Made by a program: the position numbers and the translations under genes. 64,000 nt of DNA. It comes from Macrostomum lignano (Eukaryota). The notes under the pieces were generated by a model. It was not told the DNA's origin. It did no database searches and worked only from the letters and a program-made list of their open reading frames with translations. This document shows positions 25,212 to 38,389 of the stretch, piece after piece. The DNA lies in the NCBI GenBank assembly GCA_002269645.1, contig NIVC01000716.1:269426-333425 (forward strand). Direction: 5' to 3'. The first letter of the stretch is position 1. Each line of letters opens with the position of its first letter.

Positions 25212-25475
25212 CTACAACTGCCTTATAACTTCAGCAAAGTTATAATAGCTGTCAAAATCGTTAATGACTACTCGATTTTTTTCAAACCAGTGAGATTTAA
25301 GTGCTTGATTAATATTAGGGACATTGATATCAACGTCGGGCCAATATTTTCTCATGTACTCGCTGCATTCAAGTTTGCATTGGTACTTACTCTTGTAATT
25401 AGGCTCGTGCGCTTTGTAATAAGAACCCGGAGGGACAACTGGAAACATTTTTATTGAGAATTTAATTTTTTTCAA
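25212..25475 (-). CDS. Subterminal small ORF, right-end copy
   Basis: Homolog of 8852-9094, pointing inward from the right TIR. Confidence 0.5.
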   Translation of the reverse strand: MKKIKFSIKMFPVVPPGSYYKAHEPNYKSKYQCKLECSEYMRKYWPDVDINVPNINQALKSHWFEKNRVVINDFDSYYNFAEVIRQL

Positions 25476-26071
25476 AGGGTGAGGACCCTGCGCTGATGAT
25501 TTAAAGTCTTAGGGATCTGGTTTCACGTTGCAAATTGAATGTGGGGAGAAGAATGCAGATTGATTTCTGATTGTTTCGAAGATGCTATGGGTGGATGTCA
25601 GTGTCAGTGAGCATAACAGGTGTTAGTGGACAATATGGATATAGGGATAATATGGATGGATTTAATAGGATTATGTTCGAAGTTTTCGGAGCAAGTGCGA
25701 CCCCCCCCTTTTTTCTGATTCTGTCAGGGATAATACCGGCTTGTAGGGCTTGTAGGGATTGTACCGGCGAGCAGGAAGACGAAGTCTAAATTGGCGACGA
25801 CAGAGTATAAATGTGCGTACATGTACTACAGATAAAAAATTTCTCCACTTTAAAGCACTTTCGGCCCCATAATGATTCTCACAATGAAGAAGGAATACGC
25901 AAAAGTCAGTAAGTATTACGCTCGTATGCAGAAGCATATGCACTCGTACAACGGATCTTATCTCTGCCATTTGAAATCGACTTTTATTAGTCGATATTTA
26001 CACGACAACCAATGCAACAGATACTTGTAGTAATGAAAAGAGTTCCAGAATTTAAACTTTCTAAAGGACAT

Positions 26072-27482
26072 TCAGACTTTCTTGGCTGCGAACTCCTTCG
26101 TTGCCCAAAAGACGTCCCACGGCCAAGACTTGAAGTCCTCACCCAGCTGCACCAATCGGGTGCCGACCAGGTTGTGCGGCAGCAGGCCGAGCGACTTGTA
26201 GAACTCGATGATGCCGGGAGCTATATCCGAGTGGAGTACTTTCGTGCCCTCCCACTCCATCATGATCACGGACACTTTGAAGCGTTTGAAGACTTCGGCC
26301 CCGGTGGCTTTTACCAGCCACTCGTGAGATTCCATGTCGACCTTCACTACGAGCTCGCTGACGCCGGAGAAGCAGCCGTCTGCGACGACGATCTCGTCAA
26401 GGGAAGCCGTTCGCACGTCGATAAAATCAGATATCCTCGTGTCGCCTTTGTTCATGGGCCCGCCACCTCCGGTGTTGCAGGTGCTGGGCAGGGCGATGTT
26501 CATCTTGTCGTTGCTCTTCAGACCAAGGGCGTTCCAGTACACCCGCACTCGTTCTTGAAAGCCGTTCGCCGTCACCGAGGCGAAGAGGCGGATGGAGTTC
26601 TGCAGAATCAAAAACGCAGCAGTGAGGAGGCTGCCTGAAGGGAGCGCGTGCACTCTTGAGTTCGATATGCCTATGCTTTACGATATGCGATATGCGATAC
26701 GATATACGATATGCTTATACGCCTATGCTTTTATTCTTATACGCCTCGTGTACCAAAATCTGACCTTGTCCGAGGGGTTTTTTGAGTGCACTTAAAACTC
26801 AGAATTTTGCTAATATAAAACTAATAAAAAGCTGAACTATAACAGTCAACAGCGGATGATTTTAATAAGCTTCATATTAAAAAGTACAAATTGTCCTCTA
26901 AACTTGCCCCCCTGGTTTACCTGGTAGAAGGCGTCGATCGCCACAACCTGGCGTCCCATCTGCGCAGCGTGCAGGCTGTAAGCTCCCAGCTGGCTGCCGA
27001 CGTCGAGCAGCCCTGCGCCCGGCAGCAGCTCCAGCGCGCTGCGAATGAAATTCGTCTGCTCCGACTCCCACACGTTATTGCTGATGATGGCCTGTGAGAT
27101 TAAGTCCCAGGAAGGGTGAACCATCATGGTGATGTAGCCAGTGGGGTGTCTCAGACGGGCCGTCTTGAACTCGCTCTGGTCCAGGTGGGCGATTGTGGCA
27201 ATGCGACAGATGGCGGGGTTCGGATTCGGAGCGCAGATCTTGCCTAGCTGTAGTATTTGTAGCATCAGTGGGTCATGCAGTCATCGCCTGTACTGTAGTG
27301 CAGCAAAAAGGCATGAAAAAGGTACTCACCATTTCCTGCGTAAATGTCACTCTGAAACATTTCTTAGATGAGTAAGGTTGCTTAAAGCCTGATTTACGAC
27401 TGTAGATATATGCTCCCAGGAGAGCAATAGCTGTCAGGGCGACAAAGATAACTCGCCATAGCGTCTGTTGGTTTTTCAGCAT
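26072..27482 (-). CDS. Host FkbM-family (Methyltransf_21) methyltransferase with N-terminal membrane anchor; exons ~27482-27330, ~27247-26921, 26599-26072
   Basis: LLDVGSQLGAYSL SAM-binding motif, VKVDMESHE, VIMMEW. Donors gtgagt (27329) and gtaaac (26920); acceptor ttctgcag before 26599 keeps frame. Confidence 0.85.
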
Positions 27483-27551
27483 CTAAAAAGTTGAGTGTTA
27501 GTTTTATTTTTATTTTTTCATGTCAGCTAAAAAACTATCAGCAAAATATAA

Positions 27552-27733
<182 letters not shown>

Positions 27734-29288
27734 GAGAGAGACAAAAGCAACATGTCACACTTCAAATTTCTTTTTAAAATAATCTCATCTTGATGCAGTT
27801 ACAGGTGTTGCAACTGAAGTCAGAGCCCTCACAGAGTAAGTGCAAAAACGCTAAGTAAGCAAACAAGAATGGGCAGACGGGTAGACTTCTTGATTTTAAC
27901 TTACTCTTAATTTTTGCAGCATATTTCACCTTTTGCTATCTAAGGTGTAGCAAGATGGATTTGCAGGTTCTTAGGATTGTTTTTACGGTCTCAGCAGCTT
28001 CTACCGGTAGTAGTGCCAGCCATCTTATTCACGATTCTATAATCAAACTGGCTCACATCTCTGCCCCGATTTTTTCACTGTAGCAGTTTTCATTCTTTTG
28101 TGCTGGCTGTGAATTTTCTTCTCTCCCCCACCCGTAATTTCGTTGAAATCCTTTCGTAAGGGCTTGAATATTGCTCACTGAATGTAAAACTAAGATGCTG
28201 TGCAAACTGCGTATGGTACCCTCTGACACGTACATATACTAAATAATTGCTTTGCTCATGAATCAGCACATTTTCAGCAGCTTTTCTACCCAACCCCACC
28301 CAGTAGCTTAATACCGTGCTAAGATTCAATTGTGCTTCAATTTACAAGGGCCTGCAAGTCTGCAAGTAGAGTTCGAAGTTTTTAGAGAACGAGCAACCAA
28401 CACGAAGAATTGTGTGTGGTTAAAAAGAATTTTTCAAAAACGGAGCTCAGCGTCCTAAGGCAATGAGAATGAATTTGGATTTCATATGCGTTTGGTTTTG
28501 CTCAGGTCGGAGCAGTAGCTCGTAATGCATATTGCCAAAATATAATAAAACAAACCAGTGCCGCCATACAATTACGCTCAACTACCTATGCTAGGATAAT
28601 TCTCTATTAAAGCGTATCCACTCTGCGAATATAATTTTTAAATTTGTTCGCTCCCGAGTGGAAAAATATAGAAAATATGTAACATTAAATTATAATAAAT
28701 TAACACTGAACTATGTCGGCCTATCTGTCTCAGTGTCTGTCTGTAAGATGTCTCAGACAGACAGATAGACAGACAGACAGACACTAAGTCACATAGACAG
28801 ACACTAAGACAGAAAGAGAGACAGCAGATAGACTATCATGTGTCGAGATTAAGATGACAAGCGATGCGAAGTTATCGTTTGTATTTGACGGTATAATCAG
28901 GAATCTTGAGCGCGTAGCTCTAGGCGGGGTCTTGAGGGGGAGAAGGGCTGAAACCGAGAGGGAGCTCTGCGAAAGAAAGAGTATACTGCCATAGACTAAC
29001 GAAACAGCAACAAAACGAAAGTTGAGCGAAGCTTAAGTCACATAGACAGAAAACAATTTAACCTACAGAAAGTGCATTTCTCGCCTCTTTCGCAGTCTCA
29101 TCCTTTTCCCGAGGAACAACAACTTCTATGGTAATGTATCGGTTGTAGGAGGACTGAGAACCATTTCTCAGTCCCCAAACGAGGCCTGAGAAATAGTTCT
29201 CAGTCCTGCTATAAACAGTTGTATTTAACAAATGTAAACCAACAACAGGAAGTTCAAATAGTAAGATTTAGAAGCGTCTTGTAAGCAC

Positions 29289-30615
29289 TCACTCGAAAAC
29301 GATTTCAACGGTGTTGGTGTTACCATTGATGTTAAGCCTCATTTTCTTTGCAGGATTAGCAGTCACTACGTTACTTTGTTCCATAGCTTCAACAGAGCGT
29401 TCAGGCTCGGTGTCAATAGACAGACTTGATGACTGACCACCAGATTGAAGAGCATGCGATACTTTAACATGGTCTTGTACGTCAAACTGAATATAGCGCT
29501 CAATAGCTGTCGAAGAGTGTCCTGTAACACGAGCGATGTCCTCTCTAGCAAAGCCAGCACGGTGTAGAGTACTTGCGCAAGTCTTTCGTAGAGACTGATT
29601 AGTGTACCTTTCAGTCACTCCAGTTAGGGGAGCCGTTAATTCACGAACAATACCGTCCAAGCTGTGCCGGCCGACGGGTGCGTTTTGGTACCACCTGCCT
29701 TGCTGGATGCTGGCATCGCTACGCATCCAAGCCAGGAACAAATTCTGAACCGTACAGTTTTCCGGTCTTTTGTCCACATACAGCTTGTAGATGCAGGGTA
29801 GACATCTATCATGATCAGCAGTATGAGATGCTTTAACGGTTTTCAATGGAACAAAACGTCGCTTTATGCCAGCGTTGTTGGTCTTCGTGGCTCTGTTCTC
29901 ACAGTAAACTAGAAGTTCTTGACCGTCTTCATGCTGCAACTGGATCTCACAGCTATATCTCAGACCATGCAGCTCCGTGCCTCCCACGCAAAGCGAACTG
30001 CTTGCCAAGGTAGAACACAAGCGTAAACAGCAGTAATTTCGGCGACGTTGATGCAAGACGTCCTTTCTGCCACAACTCCTCCTCCAGAGTTGCGGGAATT
30101 GGGCTAGACGCATTTGTCCCCGGAACTAGGCCCTCTCTAGTAGCTTCTTTCATGGCAGCATCCAATGCCATTCTTGCATCCCTGCACGCAGCGTCCTTCC
30201 AGAGATTCAGTTCTTTCTTGAGCGTGTACTGCAGATAGTGTTGCATCATGGAAAATATGTCCCTAAGGGTCGTAGCATTGTATTTAGTGCCATCGACTTT
30301 TCGCACCTCGAGAATGAACATCTTTAATAGATAGTTCCAATCGCAAGCGTTCCATTCATGACGCTCCTTCAACACGAGAAGGCCAGTTGTATCACCATGT
30401 AGAATTCAATTGTGTCGCTGCTCAAACCACTGGTCAAAAATTCTTACAGCCCATAGTTCCTTCCTTCGCGTATTTGGTGGGATAGCAGCGTCCAGCTTCC
30501 CTTGTATTTCGTCAGTCGAGAGCGTAGCGAATCGATCACTACCAGCAGCAGGATTCGTTGCAGCGGATTCTTTACTTTCAAAATATCGTAGCACTAGATC
30601 TAAGTCGTCTTCCAT
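29289..30615 (-). pseudogene. Crypton-type tyrosine recombinase (DUF3504-like), two frameshifts
   Basis: IPPNTRRKELWAVRIF, FILEVRKVDG, FALRG, YTNQSLRKT, VTGHSS...ERY catalytic-type motifs. Confidence 0.85.
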
Positions 30616-31444
30616 GGTTCTATTATATATGCAAATGGATGGACTGCTCAGTGCTCCATCTAGGTAGACGATTTATAACACTTTAGCCAGTCAGTCACAT
30701 AGCTTGTGCCATAGACTAACTGTACTGGATATTGATGCGTATTTTGCTTTCAGTAGGTTAAATATTTTCTCCTCCTTTTTCCAAATATGTCTATGGAAAA
30801 GAAAGTCCTCGGATGATATTCTCAAGGCTAATAACATTAACACTCAAAAATAGTGCAGTAGAAACATTGCTATGCGCTTTCGTCTATGGCATTAGTTGGC
30901 GCCGGAAGGAGTCGAGGAGGGGGGAGAGTGAGAATGGGGGTGTGAGGGCGAAGCCCCCCACTTTCTACTATGAAATGTAAATATATTTTAGTCTATGGCC
31001 CACATCGACATTAATATGCACTGTAGTTTTTTGACCCCATAAAGAGGGAGACAGAAGGTTTAAGAGAGCTGAGTAGATAGACAGAAGATTTGATTGCTTG
31101 CATCTTTCATTTACGCAAACGAAATCGCCATGGCTGACGCAGAGCCAACTACAGTGGCAGAAGTTCTGCCTCCTCTATTTAACTACGGAGCTATGCCGAA
31201 TGGTGAGATTTCAGGAGTAACATCCGGCGAGTTCGACTTGATTTGCACGTCATTCGATCATGCCCAAGGTCATTAGACAGTCGAGATGCAGCGAACCGCT
31301 ATAGATTCTCCGAGAAAAGCTGCTAGAGGCTTTCGCTATCTTCTTGAGTTTATGAAGAACGTCAGTGAGAAAGCAGGCGGCCTTACTAAGGTGTACACCG
31401 ACCGCTGCATATGGTAAGTAGTTTGACCTGTACTTTTGCCCACC

Positions 31445-31846
31445 AGTAGAATGCATGAGGGGGCTTCTGGGACAAAAATTTTCACCTCCTCCATAATCCC
31501 ATTAAATCCATCCATATTATCCCTGACAGAATCAGAAAAAAGGGGGGGTCGCACCTGCTCACAAAACCTCCTCCATAATCCCATTAAATCCATCCATATT
31601 ATCCCCGACAGAATCGTGAAATAAAGGGGAGGGGTCGCACTTGCTCCGAAAACTTCGAACATAATCCTATTAAATCCATCCATTATTATCCCTGACAGAA
31701 TCAGAGCATAACAGGTGTCCACTAACACCTGCAATGCTCATTGACACCGACATCCACCCATAGCATCTTCGAAACAATCAGAAAATAATCTGCATTCTTC
31801 TCCCCACATTCAATTCGCAACGCGAAACCAGATCCCTAAGACTTAA
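31445..31846 (+). repeat. Left TIR of Polinton-2
   Basis: Inverse of 46853-47255. Confidence 0.93.
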
Positions 31847-31899
31847 AATTATCAGCGCAGGGTCCTTACCCTTTGAAAAAAATTAATTTCTCAATAAAA

Positions 31900-32136
31900 A
31901 TGTTTCCAGTTGTCTCTCCAGGTTCTTATTATACTCAGCCTCATCCATTGTACAAATCCAAGTACCGATGCAAACTAGAATGCAGCGAATACATGAGAAA
32001 ATATTGGCCCGGCATTGATATCAATGTCCCTAATATTAATCTAGCTTTCCAAAGACACTGGTTTCATAAGTATGGAGTAGTCATTAACGATTACGACAGC
32101 TACTATAACTTTGCAGAAATCATTAGGCAATTGTGA
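31900..32136 (+). CDS. Subterminal small ORF
   Basis: Homolog of 8852 and 25212 ORFs; AAAAATG start. Confidence 0.55.
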   Translation: MFPVVSPGSYYTQPHPLYKSKYRCKLECSEYMRKYWPGIDINVPNINLAFQRHWFHKYGVVINDYDSYYNFAEIIRQL

Positions 32137-32140
32137 TTTC

Positions 32141-33004
32141 TTACATTCTCTCAATGATTAACGTCAATACAAACTCTTCACCGTTGAAATCAACACCCAT
32201 CCCATCTTCAGTCTCAAACTGTAGCACAATCTCGTGAATCTCCTTATTACTCAATACAACTCTTTTCACTGGATTTGGTTTCTCTACCACCATCTGTCCT
32301 CCAGCTACAGAGTTGGAGATGTTGTACAAAATATTAGTTCGCTTTCCCTTAAATACCCAATCAAGACTAAGATTACTTCTGATTAGAATATTTAAACCCT
32401 TTACAATGTCTGCAATATTGGGTGCTAAGAACAAACCGCTTACATTTTCCCGGGCCATTTTAACGGTCCCCGATGCTTGAGTGGCGGTCCGCGCCGCGGA
32501 TTCTGTCTTATAAACTTTCGTCTCGAATCCCAGTTCCCTATACCAAGTGTCATCTTTAAACTCAACCTCCGCATCTTTGTGAACTTGCATGACCACTCTC
32601 ATTACAGTGAGATCATAGGTTAGTTTGACAGGGAACAGTTTTTTACCTGGCTTACTCGCATCAGGTGTCTCAAAATGGCCTCTCTTAGTAAAGACATTTT
32701 CTAGAAAGTTATTGTAGGTATCTACACTTTGCGTGCTCACATGGAATACCACAGGGTCTGCTGCTGCACCTTTCCATTTGTAATAAAACTTATTATTTGC
32801 TGCCATCACATTGGGAACGTTTGACCAACCAGTGAAGTCGTTAAGATAGACATGGTAATTAGCACCTGGATCCAGGCGAATCGCCTGCTCTAATTTTTCA
32901 ACAAACATCCCGTTTGAGCCATTAATTCGCCCAGTTATTGTAATAGGAATGCTCTCCTTAGAGTGAGAAACAATATTATTTAGTCTTTCAGCAATCGCTT
33001 CCAT
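32141..33004 (-). CDS. Minor capsid (penton) protein
   Basis: Intact 287-aa ORF with penton motifs as in 24294. Confidence 0.85.
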   Translation of the reverse strand: MEAIAERLNNIVSHSKESIPITITGRINGSNGMFVEKLEQAIRLDPGANYHVYLNDFTGWSNVPNVMAANNKFYYKWKGAAADPVVFHVSTQSVDTYNNFLENVFTKRGHFETPDASKPGKKLFPVKLTYDLTVMRVVMQVHKDAEVEFKDDTWYRELGFETKVYKTESAARTATQASGTVKMARENVSGLFLAPNIADIVKGLNILIRSNLSLDWVFKGKRTNILYNISNSVAGGQMVVEKPNPVKRVVLSNKEIHEIVLQFETEDGMGVDFNGEEFVLTLIIERM

Positions 33005-33027
33005 TTTTTTTTCACATAAAAAATTAT

Positions 33028-34314
33028 TTAAACTTTACTGGATGAATTGTTGATCATGTTAAGCTTCACCTTCCTCTCAAATGCATAGATAATGTACAAG
33101 TCCACAGGTGTTGCGGCAGTCCTCTCAATGTTAGTCACGATATTCACAGGGCTGTTATCAGTAGGCATTTGTCTGGCAGACACATCAGCGCCAAACATCG
33201 GATATAGAGTTCTATATTGAAGAGCAGTGATAGCAATTCCATTGTTCTCTTTCACAGCCAAGTCGACCAACTCGTTGTAAAATTTGCTAATCTTGTTCTG
33301 ACTGAAATCTCCATTTTGTGGCAGTGCAGGGTAAAGATTATCACTGATTTCATGCTGAATGGACCGCACGTCTCCATGCATGTAGCGTATGATGCTATTT
33401 GGGTTTCTCATGTTAATAATAATATACCTTGGATTGCTGCATGATCCCTCTTTAATGCAGATGTTTGTTCTAGTTTCGTTTCGCTCATCTCGACACATGT
33501 AGTCCGTGTATGCAACATCAATGTCCTTCTCTATTGCCTTGAGATAATCAGCTTTTAGTGCAGTCTTTGGCTCAATGACTTCCAAATACAGCTCGATTCC
33601 GGTTAGCTTCACAGCCATCCCAGTGTGGTCCGCCCCAGTCCACAACACTCTACTGCGATCATCTCTAGTCAGTCTAAATGTGTAGCTAAAGTTGCTAGTC
33701 AGTCGATTAAATGTATTACAGAATCCACTCATGAATCTCAGTGGTACAAATACATCAACAGACCGATACTGCGGGTTCTTAGCAGCATCATCAGCACCTT
33801 GCAATGCATAGTTGTATCTCTTCTTCCTCTTTTTTTAGCCACTGTCATTGATATCTCCTTCTTTTTCGTCTGCAATAAAACCCGCACCACTTCCCAATTG
33901 AATAAAATCAGGATTCTCGATCAAACAATGAGCGTCATAGACAATTCCATAGTTGGCGATTCGCTCCAACTCTGTGCTCCTATTCGATACACTAAACTCC
34001 TTGAACATGTACGCCCAAAAGTTACTAATCAGAGCCACATCCGCATCATGCTTGTCAACGTTAGCACGAGCCGCATCCGCACCACCTTTTGTCTTGAATT
34101 GAAATGTCATATGGAAGCCGCTCTTAAGACTGTGCACACTAACCAGAGACGAACATCCATTGTATGTAAATGTCAGTGTTTGACCTGGACCCAAATTAGT
34201 TTCATTCTGGTTCTCGTGACTCGGAACTCTAACTTGTGTCGCTTTGATTGTGCTATCATCACTCAAAATAGGCTTGTTAATTTTGTAGAAAACTGGTGTC
34301 AGTGGGTCGTTCAT
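33028..34314 (-). CDS. Major capsid protein, one frameshift in an A-run near 33835
   Basis: Two ORFs (33835-34314 and 33028-33804) join into an MCP colinear with 23071. Confidence 0.82.
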
Positions 34315-34344
34315 TTTTTAACTAAAAATAAAATAAAATAAGAA

Positions 34345-35490
34345 ATGAAGCGGAAAAGTTTATATCATATCTCTGAACTAGAAAAGCTGGCGCAAGCAGA
34401 GAAACGAGTTACCGGACTAATCAACAAAGAACAACAATCTTACAATGAATTCGTCCAAGCAGCCACCGAATTTCACAAACCTGGATACACAGAAGCGAAG
34501 AAAAACATCGACACTGTGAAGGAAACAATTGATGATATTCAAGAGAGCCAGTTGCAAAACACATTGGGTAAAATCCCATCTTCACCGGAACAACCACAGG
34601 CTCAGCAACCAGGACAACCAGTGCAGATGAATGTGACGGATAACTTTTTTGGCCCCGTAATGGTTGATGGAAAATATTTTTTTGGAATTAGCGCCTGGCG
34701 AAAAGAAATTACCAAGGAACCGGTGGATTACAACATTGAAGTGACAAAGGAAAATATTTCAATCAATAAAGGTGCAGAAACTAAAAGAATCCCCTACACT
34801 AAAACTTTACTTGATTACATGACTAAAAATCTAGAGAAAACGTCTGAAAAGCAGCTAAAAAATTACAAAGATCTTGTTACCTTCGCTTTAGAGAGGGACA
34901 TAGACATTCTCAAGAACAACGGTGTTTTGAAAGTTTTACATGAAAACAGGAATGACTTGAACAGGTTTAGAAAATACAAATACTTTAAACAATGGTTTGG
35001 TTTGCCAGATCAAGAAGAGGTCATAAGACAACAACAACAACAACCACAACAACAGCAGCAACCACAGCAACCACCACCTCCACAGCAACAAAAAACCCAG
35101 GTTGAACAAGTACTTGATACACTTGACGCCGCAGAACCGATTGTTGTTTCGCAGTACAAAGATACAAACCCTGATACTTGGCGACAATTAGAGCGGCTCT
35201 CCCCAGAACGAATGAAGCGAATCAATGACAGAGTATTCACACCTCAACAAAGACAAGCGCCACATGACAGTCCCTCCTCTGACCAATCATTCGAATCACC
35301 TCCAAGCTCTTCCGGAAAAGGCATGCCTGAATTCTACAAGCGGTTAGCTGTTCTTCTAGGAGCGGCAAAGACCGGAATGAAAGACGAGAATAGAAAAGAA
35401 TTTGTCAACATCCTCAATGAAATGCTTGAGAGAAAATATATCGATAAAAGAGCAAGAGAACTTTTGCTTTCACGGTTTAACAAAAAATAA
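34345..35490 (+). CDS. Gln/Pro-rich Polinton protein
   Basis: 381-aa homolog of 21803-23041. Confidence 0.75.
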   Translation: MKRKSLYHISELEKLAQAEKRVTGLINKEQQSYNEFVQAATEFHKPGYTEAKKNIDTVKETIDDIQESQLQNTLGKIPSSPEQPQAQQPGQPVQMNVTDNFFGPVMVDGKYFFGISAWRKEITKEPVDYNIEVTKENISINKGAETKRIPYTKTLLDYMTKNLEKTSEKQLKNYKDLVTFALERDIDILKNNGVLKVLHENRNDLNRFRKYKYFKQWFGLPDQEEVIRQQQQQPQQQQQPQQPPPPQQQKTQVEQVLDTLDAAEPIVVSQYKDTNPDTWRQLERLSPERMKRINDRVFTPQQRQAPHDSPSSDQSFESPPSSSGKGMPEFYKRLAVLLGAAKTGMKDENRKEFVNILNEMLERKYIDKRARELLLSRFNKK

Positions 35491-35506
35491 ATTTCTATTT
35501 AAAAAG

Positions 35507-35887
35507 ATGCCAATTATTTTCGAAAAAGACATTGACAAATACTACGAGAAAGAGGAACTTAATCTCATTAAACGCGGATCTGGACTTTTCCCTGCAGGCC
35601 ACTATCCAAGAAAAGAACGCTCTGGGAATGGCCTTGCCGATTTGATCGCTCAGGGGGCTAAGATTTTTAAGGTCATTGGAGAGAACAAAGAGAACATCAA
35701 GAACGTTGCCGAAGCGGCTGGCAGTGTAGCCACAGCAGCCAAAAAGATAAAGGATACGGTTAATGAAACCCGGAAATCAATACCAGATATTCAACCCCTT
35801 GCACCGAGTGCAGATAGTGTCGATCCAGCCATCTACGCAAAGATGAGAGCTGAATATAAGAAAGGAGGCGGTTTTAAATTTGACTAA
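35507..35887 (+). CDS. Small amphipathic virion-type protein
   Basis: GSGL and GNGLADLIAQGAKIFK segments; homolog at 52594. Confidence 0.65.
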   Translation: MPIIFEKDIDKYYEKEELNLIKRGSGLFPAGHYPRKERSGNGLADLIAQGAKIFKVIGENKENIKNVAEAAGSVATAAKKIKDTVNETRKSIPDIQPLAPSADSVDPAIYAKMRAEYKKGGGFKFD

Positions 35888-36085
35888 TTTGGTGCACCCT
35901 GACGGTAAAAGAGGTGTGAGGGTGTAGGACTAGTCGGATGTAGGACTAGTAGAAAAAAAAGACACACACAACCCGAAAAAAAGACACACATATCCCGTAA
36001 AGAGACACACACATACACATCCCGAAAAAAGACACACGCGTCTTAAATACACAATTTTAAAAAGAAAAAGCTTTTTACATAAAAA

Positions 36086-36886
36086 ATGGACTTCACAAAC
36101 GACTTTCATCCCCACTGGACACGCAATCAGATAAAATTTGCTCACAACGAGATAATTCCAGGGCACTTCCGATGCATTGTTGTTGGCTCATTTGGGTCAG
36201 GGAAAACCTTCAGAGTTTTTAACATGCTCCTCAGACCTGGATTCCTCGATTATGACACACTACATATCTATTCACCCACTCTGTATCAAGATGAGTATAA
36301 AATGCTAGTAGCGGGCCTACAGAACAAACTCAACAAGGAAGATATTATTCAATGTTTTAGACATCAAAAAGACCTCAACAGCAACCCGGAAGTTGTAGCC
36401 ACTGAATACGCAAAGCACATCCCAGACAATGAAAAATGGCAAAACATTAAAGTTTTCACTTATGGAGATCCACAGATAGATCCTAAAACTAAACTCTTAC
36501 CTCAACCTGATGAACTAGAAAAGGGGAGAAAGCACCTGATTGTCTTCGATGACTGCATGACAGGTCCCCAGAAACAGATAGAAAATTATTTCACCCGGGG
36601 TAGACATAATAATTGCAATGTTATTTACATTGCCCAAAACTGTTTTGAACTGCCAAATAAAACAATTAGAGGTAACTGTAATTTGATTCTCCTTTTCCCA
36701 ACCATACCACAGGATCGCCTGAAACGATTTTATAATGAGGTAATTGCCCCAGCTCACATTACATATCCAGCTAAGAACTCTAACAGAACAATATCACAGG
36801 AGGAATTTGTTAACATATGCTATGAAAAGTGGAACCAACCCTATCAGTTTGTCATGATTAATAAGGAGAAAAGAATTTTAATTTAA
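36086..36886 (+). CDS. A32/FtsK-like packaging ATPase
   Basis: GSFGSGKT, LIVFDD, RGRHNN; intact ORF. Confidence 0.95.
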   Translation: MDFTNDFHPHWTRNQIKFAHNEIIPGHFRCIVVGSFGSGKTFRVFNMLLRPGFLDYDTLHIYSPTLYQDEYKMLVAGLQNKLNKEDIIQCFRHQKDLNSNPEVVATEYAKHIPDNEKWQNIKVFTYGDPQIDPKTKLLPQPDELEKGRKHLIVFDDCMTGPQKQIENYFTRGRHNNCNVIYIAQNCFELPNKTIRGNCNLILLFPTIPQDRLKRFYNEVIAPAHITYPAKNSNRTISQEEFVNICYEKWNQPYQFVMINKEKRILI

Positions 36887-36901
36887 TTTTTTATTTAAAA
36901 A

Positions 36902-37636
36902 ATGTCAGTAAATTTTGCAGGTGAATCAACTACAGGCAACAGCACTCTCACAACTTCCTTCCTTGATAAGCGCTACATTAACACTGATGAAGAGATCCCA
37001 GAGATCAAACTGAATAAAAACAGACTGAAACAATTAGAGCGCTCCATGCACCAGTTGCAAATAAGCATGGAAGATCTCAGGCTTAAAGTAGCTAGGCAGA
37101 AGTTTGAAAGTGATAAGCTTTATGTGCCGTTGTTAAACGCAACTAATGAACTAAGGTCAGAAATAACTTCGATAGTCTCGCTAATCAACGGCTTGAGATC
37201 ATCAGTTAATCTTCTGGGAAATTCCACTGATAGACGGATGCGTATTCTTGAAGGAGGAGTTTTCACAAACACAGCTAAAGTCAATAATTTAGAAGAGTTC
37301 ATGAACCAGTCAACAGCATTGCATGATAGAATTAAAGAAAACGTCGCAACCAACACAGTTAAAGTGAGGAATTTAGAAGAGTTCATGAACCAGTCAACAG
37401 CGTTGCATGATAGAATTAAAGAAAAACTTGAAGCATTAAAGAGAAACGATGTATCACACAGTAGCTATCTAAACGGAATGTATAGCTCTTGGGGTAAAAT
37501 AATAAGGAGGCTTGATCGTCTGGAGAGAACACTCAATCTTCGTGACATTGCTATTGATGAAGCAGAATCTGCTGCTCGTCCGGTCATTTCTACAGATGAA
37601 ATTATCAAAAAGAAAACAGATCTTTCAACTGGGTAG
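36902..37636 (+). CDS. Coiled-coil (fibre-like) protein
   Basis: N-terminal DKRYIN motif shared with the Polinton-3 fibre; heptad repeats. Confidence 0.65.
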   Translation: MSVNFAGESTTGNSTLTTSFLDKRYINTDEEIPEIKLNKNRLKQLERSMHQLQISMEDLRLKVARQKFESDKLYVPLLNATNELRSEITSIVSLINGLRSSVNLLGNSTDRRMRILEGGVFTNTAKVNNLEEFMNQSTALHDRIKENVATNTVKVRNLEEFMNQSTALHDRIKEKLEALKRNDVSHSSYLNGMYSSWGKIIRRLDRLERTLNLRDIAIDEAESAARPVISTDEIIKKKTDLSTG

Positions 37637-37672
37637 TTTTATAATTTTTTTTATTTTTTTCTAGGGAAAAAA

Positions 37673-38385
37673 ATGGCCCAACAAAATTCTCTATACGATC
37701 AGTCTCAATATGCTGAACCTAAAATACCGACAGCACCAAACCCAATGGCACCGAATTCGAACACACAAAGCCTGGAACCGAATATAAATGCACCTCAATA
37801 TGCGCAACAAAAACTCTACCCCGTCATTACTTGTAACTCTCAGCAGTTTCGATTGGTGGAGATTCAAAAAATGCGAGATGATCTTGAAAAAATATTTTCC
37901 ACAACACAAAGAAAATTAAGCGCTATGACAGCCACTGTAAAATTTTCGACTACAGCAATATGATTCTAGGATCTGTGTCTGTTCTATCTGGATCTGCTGC
38001 AGCTGTCTCAGTGTTGCCAGTCACCACAGTCCCAATCGCAATCCCGCTCGGCTCTGTGGGTGCTGCATGTGGATTTATTTCAGCAATTACTGGAGCATTA
38101 GCGCGAAACAGGCGAAAAAAACTAAAACAGCTACAGGAGAAGCAAGTAAAAGAGAAAGGGGTGCACACTTCAATCATAGGGTACATTTCAAGGGCAATCG
38201 AGGATAAGTTCATTTCAGAGGATGAGTTCAAAACCATTCAGGATCTTTATGAACAATCAATTCGAATGAACTTGAACATGGTCGGTACTGATGACATGAG
38301 TCAGCTGAGAAATGAACTCGAGAAAGTTCTTCAACATTATGTGGAAAGAAGGACAACGAGAAGTATAACGAGGAATGCACAATGA
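37673..38385 (+). pseudogene. Conserved membrane-hairpin protein, frameshift near 37890
   Basis: Colinear with 15655-16366. Confidence 0.7.
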
Positions 38386-38389
38386 ACCC

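Noticed and set aside
26012-26638. 208-aa plus-strand ORF
   Set aside because: Antisense to the GC-rich last exon of the FkbM methyltransferase.
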